A stretch of 64,000 nt of DNA from an uncultured Actinomycetota bacterium. GTDB lineage: Bacteria > Actinomycetota > Actinomycetes > JAHEKZ01. Below, piece after piece: positions 28,927 through 38,931 of the stretch. The position numbers and the translations under genes were made by a program. Numbering within the stretch: position 1 is the stretch's first letter; every line of letters begins with the position of its first letter. Below the pieces are notes generated by a model. The model saw only the letters and a program-made list of their open reading frames with translations, did no database searches and was not told where the DNA came from. The stretch is taken from contig CAWHIJ010000003.1 in the NCBI GenBank assembly GCA_963829525.1, forward strand, positions 992,001-1,056,000, in the 5' to 3' direction.

Positions 28927-30862
28927 GTGAGTGAGTATCGGGAGCCGCTGACCGCTAGAGCGTCGGCATGGCTTCCGATCCTTTCCTGGTTGCCGCTCTA
29001 CCACCGGCGGCGGCTGAGTGCGGATCTGCTGGCTGGTGCCGTGGTCGCTGCACTCGTCATCCCTCAGGCGCTGGGGTACGCAGGGATCGCTGGGGTGCCG
29101 ATCCAAGTGGGTCTTTATGCGGTTCCGCTGGCTCTGGTCGCTTACGCGCTGCTCGGTTCCTCCCGACAGCTGATCGTCGGACCGGTGTCGACTGTTTCAG
29201 TGCTCTCGGGTTCGCTGGTGGCGACGTGGTCGAGTGGTGATCCAGCGTTGGCACTCAAACTCACTACAGCGTTGGCCATCACCTGCGGCGTGGTTCTCGT
29301 TGTCACCGGACTGCTTGGCCTGGGCTGGACGGCCGAGTTCTTGTCTAAGCCCATCGTCACCGGATTTGTGTTCGGCCTTACCGTCGTCATCGTGGTCGGT
29401 GAGATCCCCAGCATCCTGGGCGTGCCGCGCACTTCGGGGGACGTTCTTCAACAAGTGGTCGAGCTTGCCTACCACCTTGACGACATCCAATGGGACACGC
29501 TTGTCGTCGGGGTCGTCTCCTTGGTCTTGCTGTTTGCCGGCTCGCGGTTCGTTCCCCACGTGCCCTGGGGTTTGGTGGTCCTCTTGGTCGGCATCGTCGT
29601 CTCGCAGGGTGCCGACCTCGCAGCGCGGGGCGTAGCCACGGTAGGTCACGTGCCGACAGGACTACCGCCGCTTACGCTTCCAGGAATTCCAGCGGACCAA
29701 ATCCCCAATGTGCTTTTCGGCGGTGTCGCCATTGCGCTGGTGGGTCTGGCAGAGGGGCTCAGCGCAGCGCGACTGTTTGCTCAGTCCGGCGGCTACCGCA
29801 TCGAGTCCAACCAGGAACTCGTCGCAACCGGAGCAGCCAACATCGGGGCCGGGCTTTCCGGGGGGCTGGGAGTGGCTGGGAGTCTGTCCAAGACGGCGGC
29901 ATCAGTTCGGGCCGGCGGCGGTTCGCAGATCGTCGGGCTCTTTGCCGCAATGATTGTCGCAGTCGCAGTGGTGGCATTCATCGGATCAATTGAACCGCTG
30001 CCTCGTGCCGTGCTCTCGGCCATCGTGATCCATGCTGTTTGGGGCTTGATGGACGTCGATGCAATTCGTCGATACCGCCGAAATTAGACGCAACGACTTC
30101 ATCGGCTGCATGGCTGCACTGGGCGGAGTGCTTGTCTTTGGCACCCTCTACGGGCTGCTTGCGGCGATTGGTCTGTCGGTCCTTGGGCTTGTCTACCGGT
30201 CCAGCCAAGTGGATGCCGATGTCATGGGCAAAATCAGCGATGAAAAGGCCGCATGGGGAAGTGTGGCACGCCACCCAGAGCGCTCCACCGTTGATGGGGT
30301 TCTCGTGTTGAGGCTCGACGCTCCAGTCTTCTGGGTCAACGCTGCTGAGGTGCGCGAACGTATCCTGGCCGAAGTTGATGCCGACCCAAGCGTTCACGTC
30401 CTGATCCTTGACCTCGAGTCGACGAATCAGCTGGACGTGACTAGCGCAGACATGCTCGACGGGTTGCTCGATGACCTCCGAAGTCGCGGAGTGGACCTTC
30501 ACCTCGTGAGGGTGTTTCACTTTGTCAGGAGGGTGCTGAGAGCCAGTGGCTTTGAGGAGCGGTTGGGTGCAGATCACATGTGGCACAGCATCTCCCAGGG
30601 TGTCCGTTCCGCAAAGGCGCAAAGCAAGGCGCTGGTCGAGGGTGCAGATGCCGAGGCAACGCCTTCTGCCGAGAGCATCGCGGTCGAGGATGAACCCTTC
30701 AACGGTCTGACGGAAGACGAGGAGGAGCCATCTTTGCTGGGCTCGGGCAAGCAGCGCAAGAAGTCTGAGCTAGCCACAAAGAAGCACCACAAGAAGAGTC
30801 CGAAGACCGCAAAGAACAAGAGGCAGGGTAGGCACCCCGACCGACCTCACGGTGGAACGTAG
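28927..30862 (+). CDS. sulP: SulP/SLC26 anion transporter with STAS domain; +1 frameshift near 30075-30080
   Basis: IPQALGYA, GSSRQLIVGP and NQELVATG in the 5' ORF; last TMs and STAS (LDAPVFWVNA, LDLES..QLDVTS) in the 3' ORF. Confidence 0.85.
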
Positions 30863-30947
30863 CCGGTGAGATCAGCCGTTGAATCGATCGAAAGGAGCGG
30901 CACCCTCCGGCGCCCGGTCGAACCGATGCGACCGGCTCCCGCCAGAC

Positions 30948-31403
30948 TCAGAGCCGTCCCTTGTGCTGCGCGAAGACCATTGACGTCACCAACAGCACTG
31001 AGGTGGCCACCGTGACCGCCCACAGACCACGGTCGAGCCAGAACATCGGGGCACCCATGGCAACAATGCCTCCGAAGAAGAGCACGAGGTAGGGCACCAG
31101 AACCGACGGACGGGGCGGTGCGCGGAACTCGATCGGTCGCCAGTAGTCGACGACCAGCATCAGGATCACGAAGGTGACGAAGACCGCAGGTCCGACCCAC
31201 TGAGCACTCCCCTCGCGAATGAGCTGGACCAGGGCAGCACCGGCAGGAACCGCCAACGCCGCAATCACGAGGCCAATCCTGCGATTCGGACCCATCCCCC
31301 TCGAGGGTCGCAGGACGAAGCCGATCGACTGCAACACGTTGACCAAGTTCACCACCAGCCAGACGGTCACGGTTGCCCAGCCGAGTTGGTGGAGGGCGGT
31401 CAC
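30948..31403 (-). CDS. Hypothetical membrane protein
   Basis: About 5 hydrophobic segments; start uncertain (GTG 31403 or 31421). Confidence 0.6.
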   Translation of the reverse strand: MTALHQLGWATVTVWLVVNLVNVLQSIGFVLRPSRGMGPNRRIGLVIAALAVPAGAALVQLIREGSAQWVGPAVFVTFVILMLVVDYWRPIEFRAPPRPSVLVPYLVLFFGGIVAMGAPMFWLDRGLWAVTVATSVLLVTSMVFAQHKGRL

Positions 31404-31529
31404 AGGCAGACTCTGACACACAGCGGCCCCCGTGACTCCAAGCGAGGGACTGGGGGCAGGTCAGCGAGTCAACAAAAGCGGGGGTCATCTCGACGATCGC
31501 AGGACTGGCGACGCTGGCACACTGGCCTG

Positions 31530-32285
31530 ATGAGTGAGTGGCGGACGCCAGTTGTCGTATTCGCGTGGATCCCCATCACGCTCGGCCTCGACGGTGGTGT
31601 CACGCTCCCTCAGCAGTATCTGCTCGGGCTCATGACGTGGTGCTTGCTGCTGCTCCTCCTCCGTAGCGAGACTCCACTCGTTCGTGTGCAGACAGCGGTG
31701 GTCATCGTCTTTGCCACCCTTGTGGAGTACACGTTCTCGCCGTGGCTTGAGGTCTACACCTACCGCTTCGACAATGTGCCGTCCTTCGTGCCACCTGGCC
31801 ATGGGCTGGTCTACCTGGCGGCACTCTGCATGGGGCGGTCGACCTTCTTTCGAACGCATGCGCGTTCACTGGTGACGGCGACGATCATCGTCAGTGGTCT
31901 GTATGCAATGTGGGGCATCAGTCCGTGGTCGCCAAGATCAGACCTTCTCGGCTTCTTATGGTTCGGGTGCCTGCTGGGATTCCTTGCCTGGGGCCGGTCA
32001 CGTCTGCTCTACGTCGGGGCTTTCGTCGTCGTCACCTACCTTGAACTCATCGGGACCCGGCTAGGTACCTGGGAGTGGCAGCCCTACGACCCGACCGGCC
32101 TAGTGACCATGGGCAACCCACCGAGTGGTGCCGCGGGTGGCTACGGGTGGTTCGACCTCGCAGCCATCACGCTCGCCCCGTTGCTGCTCGGCTGGTGGCA
32201 GCGGCCAGGCTCAGGTGAACTCCCCCAGCACCGCGGGGTGGAGCAGGCCGTTCGTGGAGACAGCGTTCCCGCCGACCAGGGGTGA
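31530..32285 (+). CDS. Hypothetical multi-pass membrane protein
   Basis: Motifs YTYRFDNVPSFVPPGHGLVY, YLELIGT..GTWEW and GNPPSG; probably leaderless. Confidence 0.7.
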   Translation: MSEWRTPVVVFAWIPITLGLDGGVTLPQQYLLGLMTWCLLLLLLRSETPLVRVQTAVVIVFATLVEYTFSPWLEVYTYRFDNVPSFVPPGHGLVYLAALCMGRSTFFRTHARSLVTATIIVSGLYAMWGISPWSPRSDLLGFLWFGCLLGFLAWGRSRLLYVGAFVVVTYLELIGTRLGTWEWQPYDPTGLVTMGNPPSGAAGGYGWFDLAAITLAPLLLGWWQRPGSGELPQHRGVEQAVRGDSVPADQG

Positions 32286-33002
32286 AGAGCCATCGAGCGC
32301 GGTGATGGTGCCGCCAGCCTCCTCGACGATGGGCACCAGCGCAGCCATGTCCCAGGCGTTCAGCTCGGGCTCGAGTGCCGCATCGGCCGAGCCCTCAGCG
32401 ACCATCATGTGCGACCAGAAGTCGCCGTAGGCCCGAGACCGCCAGGCTGAGCGAAGCAAGCGGTCGAATGAGGCGCGGCGGTTCCCGATCTCCCACGCCG
32501 GGTCGTTCCACTCTGAGAACGACAGTGACGCGTCACTGAGTGCGGAGACGCCGGAGACGTGGATCGGAACGGGAGCCCCACCCGTTGTCAGCCAGGCTCC
32601 GGCCCCTCGCGAGGCCCACCAGCGCCGGCCCAGTGCCGGAGCGCTGACCACCCCGAGGGTGATCGACTGGGTGTTGGTGAACGGAACCTCGTTCGCGAGC
32701 GCGATCAGGGTGGCCCACACCGGCACACCGCGCACGTAGTTCTTGGTCCCGTCGATCGGGTCAATGATCCAGTTGCGATCCGCTAGCCCTGACGCACCGA
32801 ACTCCTCGCCGATCACGGCATCGCTCGGGTGCGCCTCGGAGATCAGGTTTCTGATCAGTTCTTCGGCTGCTCGGTCTGCGTCGCTCACCGGCGTGAGGTC
32901 AGGCTTGGTCTCCACGCGGAGGTCAAGTGCCCCGAACCGCTCGATGGTGAGCGCGTCGGCGGCGTCGGCGAGGCGGAGGGCGAAGGCGAGATCGTCGGTC
33001 AC
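32211..33002 (-). CDS. hisN: Histidinol-phosphatase (inositol monophosphatase family)
   Basis: KPDLTPVSDAD, GEE, WIIDPIDGTKNYVRGVPVW, RAYGDF and WDMAA. Confidence 0.9.
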   Translation of the reverse strand: MTDDLAFALRLADAADALTIERFGALDLRVETKPDLTPVSDADRAAEELIRNLISEAHPSDAVIGEEFGASGLADRNWIIDPIDGTKNYVRGVPVWATLIALANEVPFTNTQSITLGVVSAPALGRRWWASRGAGAWLTTGGAPVPIHVSGVSALSDASLSFSEWNDPAWEIGNRRASFDRLLRSAWRSRAYGDFWSHMMVAEGSADAALEPELNAWDMAALVPIVEEAGGTITALDGSSPLVGGNAVSTNGLLHPAVLGEFT

Positions 33003-33082
33003 GGCCAGCAGAGTATCCGCCCGATTCGCCCGCGGCGGCAGGTGAAGCGGGGTTACCCTGCGCTAGAAGTTGAGGAGGTCAG

Positions 33083-33547
33083 GTGCCTGAGACGGTCTTC
33101 GGTCTGCCGCTGCACCCGCTCGTCGTGCACGGCGGGGCTGTTCTGGTCCCGCTGACGGCATTTCTTGCCGTGATCATCGCGGTCAGCCAGGAGAAGCGGG
33201 GGCGATGGGGCGCCCTGACGTGGCTTATGGCGACGGCGGCCTTGGGCGCAACGATCGTCGCCAAGCTGAGTGGCGAGGCGCTTGCGGATTCTTTGTACCC
33301 GGAGGTCAAACCGCTCGCGACGGCCCAGCATGCCGGCAATGGATCATCTTCGGTCTGGTTCGTGCTCGCCCTCTGGCTGGCCGTTTCTGCCGTGCTGCTG
33401 ATCGACCTGGACAGGCAACGTCGCGGCGGGGTGGGCAATGCGATCCTGCCCACTGTCGTCGCCGTCCTGACGATCGTTGCTGCGATGGCAGCCACCGGTC
33501 AGATTGCGCTGACCGTCTGGACCGGAGCCGTATCCAGGTGGGGCTGA
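33083..33547 (+). CDS. DUF2231-like membrane protein (copy 1)
   Basis: PETVFGLPLHPLVVH, SGE..H; 4 TM; RBS GAGGAGG. Confidence 0.75.
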   Translation: MPETVFGLPLHPLVVHGGAVLVPLTAFLAVIIAVSQEKRGRWGALTWLMATAALGATIVAKLSGEALADSLYPEVKPLATAQHAGNGSSSVWFVLALWLAVSAVLLIDLDRQRRGGVGNAILPTVVAVLTIVAAMAATGQIALTVWTGAVSRWG

Positions 33548-33632
33548 ACGCCGGTAAAGCGAGGGTTAACAGGTCCCTATCGCGGCACGTTGGTTCTTGC
33601 CTCGCTGACCGGTGACTGGCTGAATACCCTCC

Positions 33633-34091
33633 ATGCCGGAAACCATCGGGGGGATCCCCCTACACCCGCTCGTCGTCCATGCCGTTGTGGTCCTCATCCC
33701 GCTTGCGGCCGTCGGAGTCATCGCCATATCGCTGGTACCCAAGTGGCGTAGCCGATTCGGGATTCTGGTCGTCGGTGTCACGGCCTTCGGGACCGTGATG
33801 GTGCCGGTCGCCACCTCGACCGGTGAACAGCTCCAAGAGAGCAGAGGTGAAACCGCGCTCATTGAGCGGCATGCAGAGCTCGGCAACGCGGCGCTCTACA
33901 GCGCCATTCCGCTGTCGATCCTGGCCGTAGCGTTGTGGTGGCTTGGCCGCCGCGCCGAACAACGCGCCCCCGTTCCTCGGTGGCTCAACTTGCTCGTCCC
34001 GGCCCTCGCGGTCGTGGTTGCCGTCGTTGCCATCGTGCAAATGGTGCTTATTGGCCACTCTGGTGCTGAGGCGGTCTGGTCTACCCGGTAG
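33633..34091 (+). CDS. DUF2231-like membrane protein (copy 2)
   Basis: PETIGGIPLHPLVVH, TGE..HAELG and GHSGAEAVW. Confidence 0.8.
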   Translation: MPETIGGIPLHPLVVHAVVVLIPLAAVGVIAISLVPKWRSRFGILVVGVTAFGTVMVPVATSTGEQLQESRGETALIERHAELGNAALYSAIPLSILAVALWWLGRRAEQRAPVPRWLNLLVPALAVVVAVVAIVQMVLIGHSGAEAVWSTR

Positions 34092-35088
34092 CGGTGCTCG
34101 TCGAGTCACCACGACTGGCTAGGAGGCGGCGCAGTGACACCAGCCGTGCGGGGTCGGCCCCGCCGGTTGACACGTAGCGGTCTAGGGCGCAGTGCTCATC
34201 GGTGTGTGCGCACCCGCGCGGGCACTCACGGGTACCCGCTTGAAGATCGGGGAAGGCTCGCATGAAGCGGTCGAGATCGACATGGGCCAAACCGAACGAT
34301 CGAATGCCCGGAGTATCGACCACCCAGCCCCGAGGTTCGAGCGGGAAGGCGACCGCTGACGTCGAAGTGTGACGCCCCCGGCCAGTGACGGCATTGACCA
34401 CTCCTGTAGCACGAAAGGCCTCAGGGACGAGCGAGTTGACCAGTGTCGACTTCCCGACGCCAGAGTGGCCAAGGAGGACCGTGGTATGACCGTCAAGCAG
34501 CTGGTGGACGGCATCCATGGGGTCGCCCTTTGCGCGAGCGAGCACGGTGATATCGAGCGGTGCGTAGCGCTCCACCAGCCCTGCGGCGCTGGCAAGATCG
34601 GTCTTGGTGACGATCACGACGGGCTTGAGTCCGCCATCAAAGGCAGCGATCATGGCGCGGTCCACCAAGCGGGGCCGCGGTTCTGGGTCTGCAGCAGCGA
34701 CCACGATGGCCAGCTGCTCAGCGTTGGCGACCACGACCCGCTCGACGGGATCGTTGTCGTCAGCGGATCGGCGCAGCACGGTCGTCCGCGGCTGGCGGCG
34801 CACGATGCGGGCGAGTGCGTCCCCGCCGCCGGCGATGTCTCCGACGAGGTCGACCCGGTCGCCCACCACGACCCCCTTGCGGCCGATCTCGCGTGCCTTG
34901 ATCGCATAGACCAGTCGTGTCGGATCGTCGTCGAGAACCGCTGTGAAGCGTCCGCGGTCGACGGCGGTCACCAGCGCCTCAGAAGCATGCTGGTGGTCAG
35001 GACGAATCTTGCTGCGCGCGCGTGACTTGCCCTTGCCCGGGCGCACTCGAACGTCGTCCTCATCAAGGTGGTCGTGGCGCTTGCTCAC
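34081..35088 (-). CDS. rsgA: Ribosome small subunit-dependent GTPase A
   Basis: Actinobacterial DEDDVRVRP N-terminus, TKTD, GHSGVGKST, GRHTS, DTPG and CPRGCAH..C. Confidence 0.93.
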   Translation of the reverse strand: MSKRHDHLDEDDVRVRPGKGKSRARSKIRPDHQHASEALVTAVDRGRFTAVLDDDPTRLVYAIKAREIGRKGVVVGDRVDLVGDIAGGGDALARIVRRQPRTTVLRRSADDNDPVERVVVANAEQLAIVVAAADPEPRPRLVDRAMIAAFDGGLKPVVIVTKTDLASAAGLVERYAPLDITVLARAKGDPMDAVHQLLDGHTTVLLGHSGVGKSTLVNSLVPEAFRATGVVNAVTGRGRHTSTSAVAFPLEPRGWVVDTPGIRSFGLAHVDLDRFMRAFPDLQAGTRECPRGCAHTDEHCALDRYVSTGGADPARLVSLRRLLASRGDSTSTATG

Positions 35089-35094
35089 CGCCTC

Positions 35095-35104
35095 AGCCTA
35101 GGGT
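35095..35104. promoter_or_regulatory. Overlapping bidirectional -10 elements for leaderless rsgA and SRAP transcripts
   Basis: AGCCTAGGGT: minus-strand TAGGCT lies 6 nt before GTG 35088 and plus-strand TAGGGT lies 7 nt before ATG 35112. Confidence 0.6.
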
Positions 35105-35111
35105 GAAGTCC

Positions 35112-35930
35112 ATGTGCGGACGCTACGCATCGGCCAAAGATCCCGATGCGCTCGTTGAGGAGTTCGAGGTCGAAGAGTCTCTCGTCGACAAACCTCTGAA
35201 CGCCGACTACAACGTCGCACCCACTAAGCGGGTATACGCGGTGGTGTCCCGACAGCCAGAGGGTGCACCGGACGATGCTGCCGCAGAGCGTCAATTGCGT
35301 GTCATGCGGTGGGGACTCGTCCCCTCGTGGGCAAAGGACCCGTCGATCGGGTCACGCATGATCAATGCACGCGCGGAGACCGTTGCCGAAAAGCCTGCAT
35401 TTCGCCGAGCGTTCGGGAAGCGGCGATGCCTGTTGCCTGCCGATGGCTACTACGAGTGGTACACGCCAACCGGTGACAATGTTCCGCTGACATCGCGAGG
35501 CAAGCCTGTCAAGCAACCCTTCTACATCCACCGTTCAGATGGCCAGAGTCTCGCGATGGCAGGTCTCTACGAATGGTGGCACGACAAGACCAGGGAGCGC
35601 GATGACCCTGAGGGCTGGCTGCTCACCGCGACCATCATCACGACATCGGCAACCGACGCAGTAGGTCGCATTCATGACCGCATGCCGGTGGTGATTGCTG
35701 AACAAGACTGGCAGCGATGGCTTGACCCCACTGTCGCCGAGCGCTCAGTGGTCGAGCAGCTGATGGTGCCAGCGCAGAACTCGGAGTTGTCTGCATATCC
35801 CGTTTCGATTCGGGTCAACAGCGTCCGCAACAACGGTCCGGAGCTGCTTGACCCACTGCCACTCGACGAAGCGACCCCAGGATCAGTCGGCGCCGACGGC
35901 CTTTGGCCACCGCCCGGCAATGACAGCTGA
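35112..35930 (+). CDS. SOS response-associated peptidase (SRAP/HMCES/YedK), abasic-site crosslinking protein
   Basis: MCGRY N-terminus, WGLVPSW, INARAET, GYYEW and HDRMP. Confidence 0.93.
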   Translation: MCGRYASAKDPDALVEEFEVEESLVDKPLNADYNVAPTKRVYAVVSRQPEGAPDDAAAERQLRVMRWGLVPSWAKDPSIGSRMINARAETVAEKPAFRRAFGKRRCLLPADGYYEWYTPTGDNVPLTSRGKPVKQPFYIHRSDGQSLAMAGLYEWWHDKTRERDDPEGWLLTATIITTSATDAVGRIHDRMPVVIAEQDWQRWLDPTVAERSVVEQLMVPAQNSELSAYPVSIRVNSVRNNGPELLDPLPLDEATPGSVGADGLWPPPGNDS

Positions 35931-35946
35931 GGGTTACGACTGGCAC

Positions 35947-36609
35947 ATGAGCAAAGTCGTGGACGTCCTGACGCGGCATGGCCCGGCCCGCTGGCACGTC
36001 GACGAGCCGGCTGGGCGAGCGATGGGCGACTTTGCGCTGGGCCATGGGGCTGGTGGGGGAGTCAGTTCACCGGACGTGGTCATGTTGGCTGCCACGATGG
36101 CGGCTGCTGGTTTCCGGGTCGGAAGGTTCGAGCAGCCGTGGCGAGTGTCCGGACGCCGTGTCGCGGCCCAGCCGGCTCAGCTCGACGAGGCGTGGTGCAA
36201 CGCGATGCCACGCTTTGCCAGCGGCTCGATGCCCCTTCTTGTGGGTGGCCGCAGCGCCGGGGCCCGTGTTGCCTGCCGCACTGCTGGAAAGCTCGGCGCC
36301 GCCGGAGTCGTCGCACTGGCCTTCCCGTTGCACCCGCCCGGCAAGCCGGACAAGTCCAGGATGGCTGAGATCCCCTCCTCGATCCCAGTTCTGGCGATCC
36401 AGGGGGACCGCGACGCTTTTGGCACCGCGGACGAGGTGATCGAGGCCGCAGCAGGTCTACCTCTCCTGACGGTGCTCGCGGTCACGGGCGCTGACCATTC
36501 GCTGCGGGTCCGGCGGCAGGGCCCGATCACCCAGGGTGAGGCCGACGAAATTGTGATGATCGCTGTGCGTCGCTGGGCCCTTCGGGCCGCGCGGGGGAAT
36601 CATCGCTGA
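35947..36609 (+). CDS. Alpha/beta hydrolase (KANL3/Tex30-like)
   Basis: [27 protein letters not shown] and DHS. Confidence 0.85.
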   Translation: MSKVVDVLTRHGPARWHVDEPAGRAMGDFALGHGAGGGVSSPDVVMLAATMAAAGFRVGRFEQPWRVSGRRVAAQPAQLDEAWCNAMPRFASGSMPLLVGGRSAGARVACRTAGKLGAAGVVALAFPLHPPGKPDKSRMAEIPSSIPVLAIQGDRDAFGTADEVIEAAAGLPLLTVLAVTGADHSLRVRRQGPITQGEADEIVMIAVRRWALRAARGNHR

Positions 36610-36623
36610 CCATCCCGGTGTTG
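36596..36623 (+). promoter_or_regulatory. Autoregulatory SigR-type promoter
   Basis: GGAAT(36596-600)-N19-GTTG(36620-23), 8 nt before ATG 36632. Confidence 0.6.
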
Positions 36624-36631
36624 TGCGTGAC

Positions 36632-37282
36632 ATGACCGTGGCCACTGACCTCGCGCTACCCTTGCGCCCAATGAGCCAAGAAGATGCACCCACGGAATCC
36701 GTTGACGAGCGCGCCGCAAGGTTCGAGCGCGATGCCCTGCCGTTCCTCGACCAGTTGTACGGCGCAGCTCTGCGCATGACGCGCAACGCCAGTGATGCCG
36801 AGGACCTCGTCCAAGAGACCTACGCCAAGGCCTTTGCTGCATTCCACCAGTACAAGGACGGCACCAACCTCAAGGCCTGGCTCTACCGCATTCTCACCAA
36901 CACCTTCATCAACACGTACCGCAAGAAGCAGCGCGAGCCCCAGCAGAGCGGCGCGGACGAGATCGAGGACTGGCAGTTGGCGCGTGCTGAGTCGCATACC
37001 TCACGTGGACTCCGCTCGGCTGAGGTCGAGGCACTCGACCGGCTGCCTGACTCCGACGTCAAGGACGCTCTGGCTGCTCTGTCTGAGGACTTCCGGATGG
37101 CGGTCTACCTGGCCGACGTCGAGGGATTTGCCTACAAGGAGATCGCCGAGATCATGGACACACCCGTGGGAACAGTCATGTCCCGGTTGCACCGCGGCCG
37201 CCGTCAACTGCGGGGGATGCTCGAGGAGTACGCCAAGGAGCGAGGGTTTGTTCCTGCTGGAACCGGCGGTGACCTCACATGA
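36632..37282 (+). CDS. sigR: ECF sigma factor SigR/SigH
   Basis: [41 protein letters not shown] and [11 protein letters not shown]; alternative start ATG 36671. Confidence 0.95.
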   Translation: MTVATDLALPLRPMSQEDAPTESVDERAARFERDALPFLDQLYGAALRMTRNASDAEDLVQETYAKAFAAFHQYKDGTNLKAWLYRILTNTFINTYRKKQREPQQSGADEIEDWQLARAESHTSRGLRSAEVEALDRLPDSDVKDALAALSEDFRMAVYLADVEGFAYKEIAEIMDTPVGTVMSRLHRGRRQLRGMLEEYAKERGFVPAGTGGDLT

Positions 37283-37563
37283 CCACCCACGATGCCCGCG
37301 GTCATGACCTCGATTGCTCAGACGTAGTTGAGGCCGTCTACCTCTACATTGACGGTGAGCTCAGCGCCGATGTCATCGACAACATCCGCAGCCATCTCGA
37401 CGACTGCTCGCCGTGCCTCCAGGAGTACGGGATCGAGCAGGAGGTGAAGGCGTTGATCGCACGCAGTTGTTGCGAGACGGCGCCAGATGCACTGCGGGCG
37501 TCGATCGTTTCACGCCTAGAGATCGTGAGAACCGAGATGACCATCAAGTTCGACCGCGACTGA
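37279..37563 (+). CDS. rsrA: Zinc-binding anti-sigma factor RsrA/RshA
   Basis: [14 protein letters not shown] motif; ATGA overlap with sigR. Confidence 0.93.
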   Translation: MTTHDARGHDLDCSDVVEAVYLYIDGELSADVIDNIRSHLDDCSPCLQEYGIEQEVKALIARSCCETAPDALRASIVSRLEIVRTEMTIKFDRD

Positions 37564-37607
37564 GGTCGGCCACGATCTCAACCGACTTCTGAACTGCCCA
37601 CCCAACT

Positions 37608-37682
37608 TCAGGACGTGGGGCGGTTGCCGTGGTTGGCCTTCTTCTTCTTGCGGTCGCGACGCTTGCGGGCGCGCTTGCTCAT
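37608..37682 (-). CDS. 50S ribosomal protein bL37 (actinobacterial, 24 aa)
   Basis: Not in the ORF track. MSKRARKRRDRKKKKANHGNRPTS with RBS AGGAG matches the bL37 pattern (KRGRKKRDRK..KANHGKRP) and its position next to rshA. Confidence 0.88.
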   Translation of the reverse strand: MSKRARKRRDRKKKKANHGNRPTS

Positions 37683-37753
37683 CGTGACTCCTGCTGCTGG
37701 CTACTGGGGGGCGCCGCATCTGCGGCATGTCATGGTCCCACATAGGCCAGGCG

Positions 37754-38449
37754 TCAGCCCAATCGGCGGTTGACCGCCGCCAGCACTGCCCTTGCCACGG
37801 CATCGGTCTCGTCCCCCCGGATCACCGCGCTACCTGCCAGCGACTGAGCGCCGAGCCTCGGAACAGACAAGGTGATGACCACGAGGGCGACGGCATGAGT
37901 GCCCGTGTCGACGACGGCTGAGCTTTCGACAGCAGCCGGGAGCCCGAGCAGCTCGTCGAGCGCGCTGAGGGTCGCCGACGCCACCAGACGTGGGCGGGCG
38001 CTTGCCGCGGCTGCGCCCCGTTCGATGCCCACGAATGTGTCGCCGTCGAGCTCGAGTCGTACCTCGACCTCGATCTCCGACCCGGTACTGCGTATTCCGA
38101 TCTCGCTGATCATCGGACGCGCTTGCGCCTCGATCTCCTCGAGGATGTCCGCCGCAGGTGCCGGACCCGCTTCGGACATGTCGATGACGGTTGAGCCAGC
38201 ATCCTCAGTGGATGACTCGTCCTCGATCTGGACGACACTGACGATCCGGTGGTCGAGGTCGATGTCGAACTGGGCCATTGCCAACGACTGAACGTCGCGG
38301 ACAACCTGTTTCGCGGGCTTACCGGGGGCAGCTAGGACGTGCACCTCGGTCGGCTGTGCGTGGGCGTCGGTCACCACGCTGACCGCTCTGACTCCGGGGA
38401 TCTGCCGGATCGACTCTTCGAGGTCCGGAAGTAGGCGCAGGCTCGGCAT
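37754..38449 (-). CDS. Conserved hypothetical two-domain protein divergent from the HD-GYP locus
   Basis: EVHVLA..KPAKQVVRDVQS..DLDHRIVSVVQI, then an acidic linker, then a C-terminal AVARAVLAAVNRR; host-like codon usage. Confidence 0.8.
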   Translation of the reverse strand: MPSLRLLPDLEESIRQIPGVRAVSVVTDAHAQPTEVHVLAAPGKPAKQVVRDVQSLAMAQFDIDLDHRIVSVVQIEDESSTEDAGSTVIDMSEAGPAPAADILEEIEAQARPMISEIGIRSTGSEIEVEVRLELDGDTFVGIERGAAAASARPRLVASATLSALDELLGLPAAVESSAVVDTGTHAVALVVITLSVPRLGAQSLAGSAVIRGDETDAVARAVLAAVNRRLG

Positions 38450-38511
38450 AAAGGTGAGTCTCTCTCGGGTCAGGGGCACGGTGGCGTCACAGCTTCACGA
38501 TCGGCGGGCAG

Positions 38512-38931
38512 TCATGGAAGGGTCCCACGGTGGGCGGGGTCGGGCAGCGGTCGTAGTCCAGCCACGAGCAACCGGTAGGGCTGAAGCTGGCGGACAGGGG
38601 CCGGCTCGGCTTGGTCGATGACGTCCGCCGGGTGTTGGTCATCGGCCCACACAGGGGCCACCGGGGGTTCAATCAGGGCCTGTTCGGCCGCGTTGGCTTG
38701 GAGTGCGACCAGGGCAGGTGGGAGAACGGCTTCGGCGTGTTCGACGATGGCGCGTTCGCCGGCTCGCTGGAGCCAGCGAAGCCGTCGAGCGAGGTCGTCG
38801 GAGATGCTGCCGGCCGCAACGGCCTCGGTGAGGGCCGCGTCGAAGGCCCGTGTCGGCCCCGATCCCCGAAGATCGAGCACCGCGGCGACCAGATCGGCGT
38901 AGGCCGTGAGACGGCTTGGCTCAGCGTTCAC
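38512..38931 (-). CDS. Hypothetical protein
   Basis: 139-aa ORF with RBS GGAGGGGG; helical N-terminus, Pro-rich C-terminus. Confidence 0.7.
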   Translation of the reverse strand: MNAEPSRLTAYADLVAAVLDLRGSGPTRAFDAALTEAVAAGSISDDLARRLRWLQRAGERAIVEHAEAVLPPALVALQANAAEQALIEPPVAPVWADDQHPADVIDQAEPAPVRQLQPYRLLVAGLRPLPDPAHRGTLP

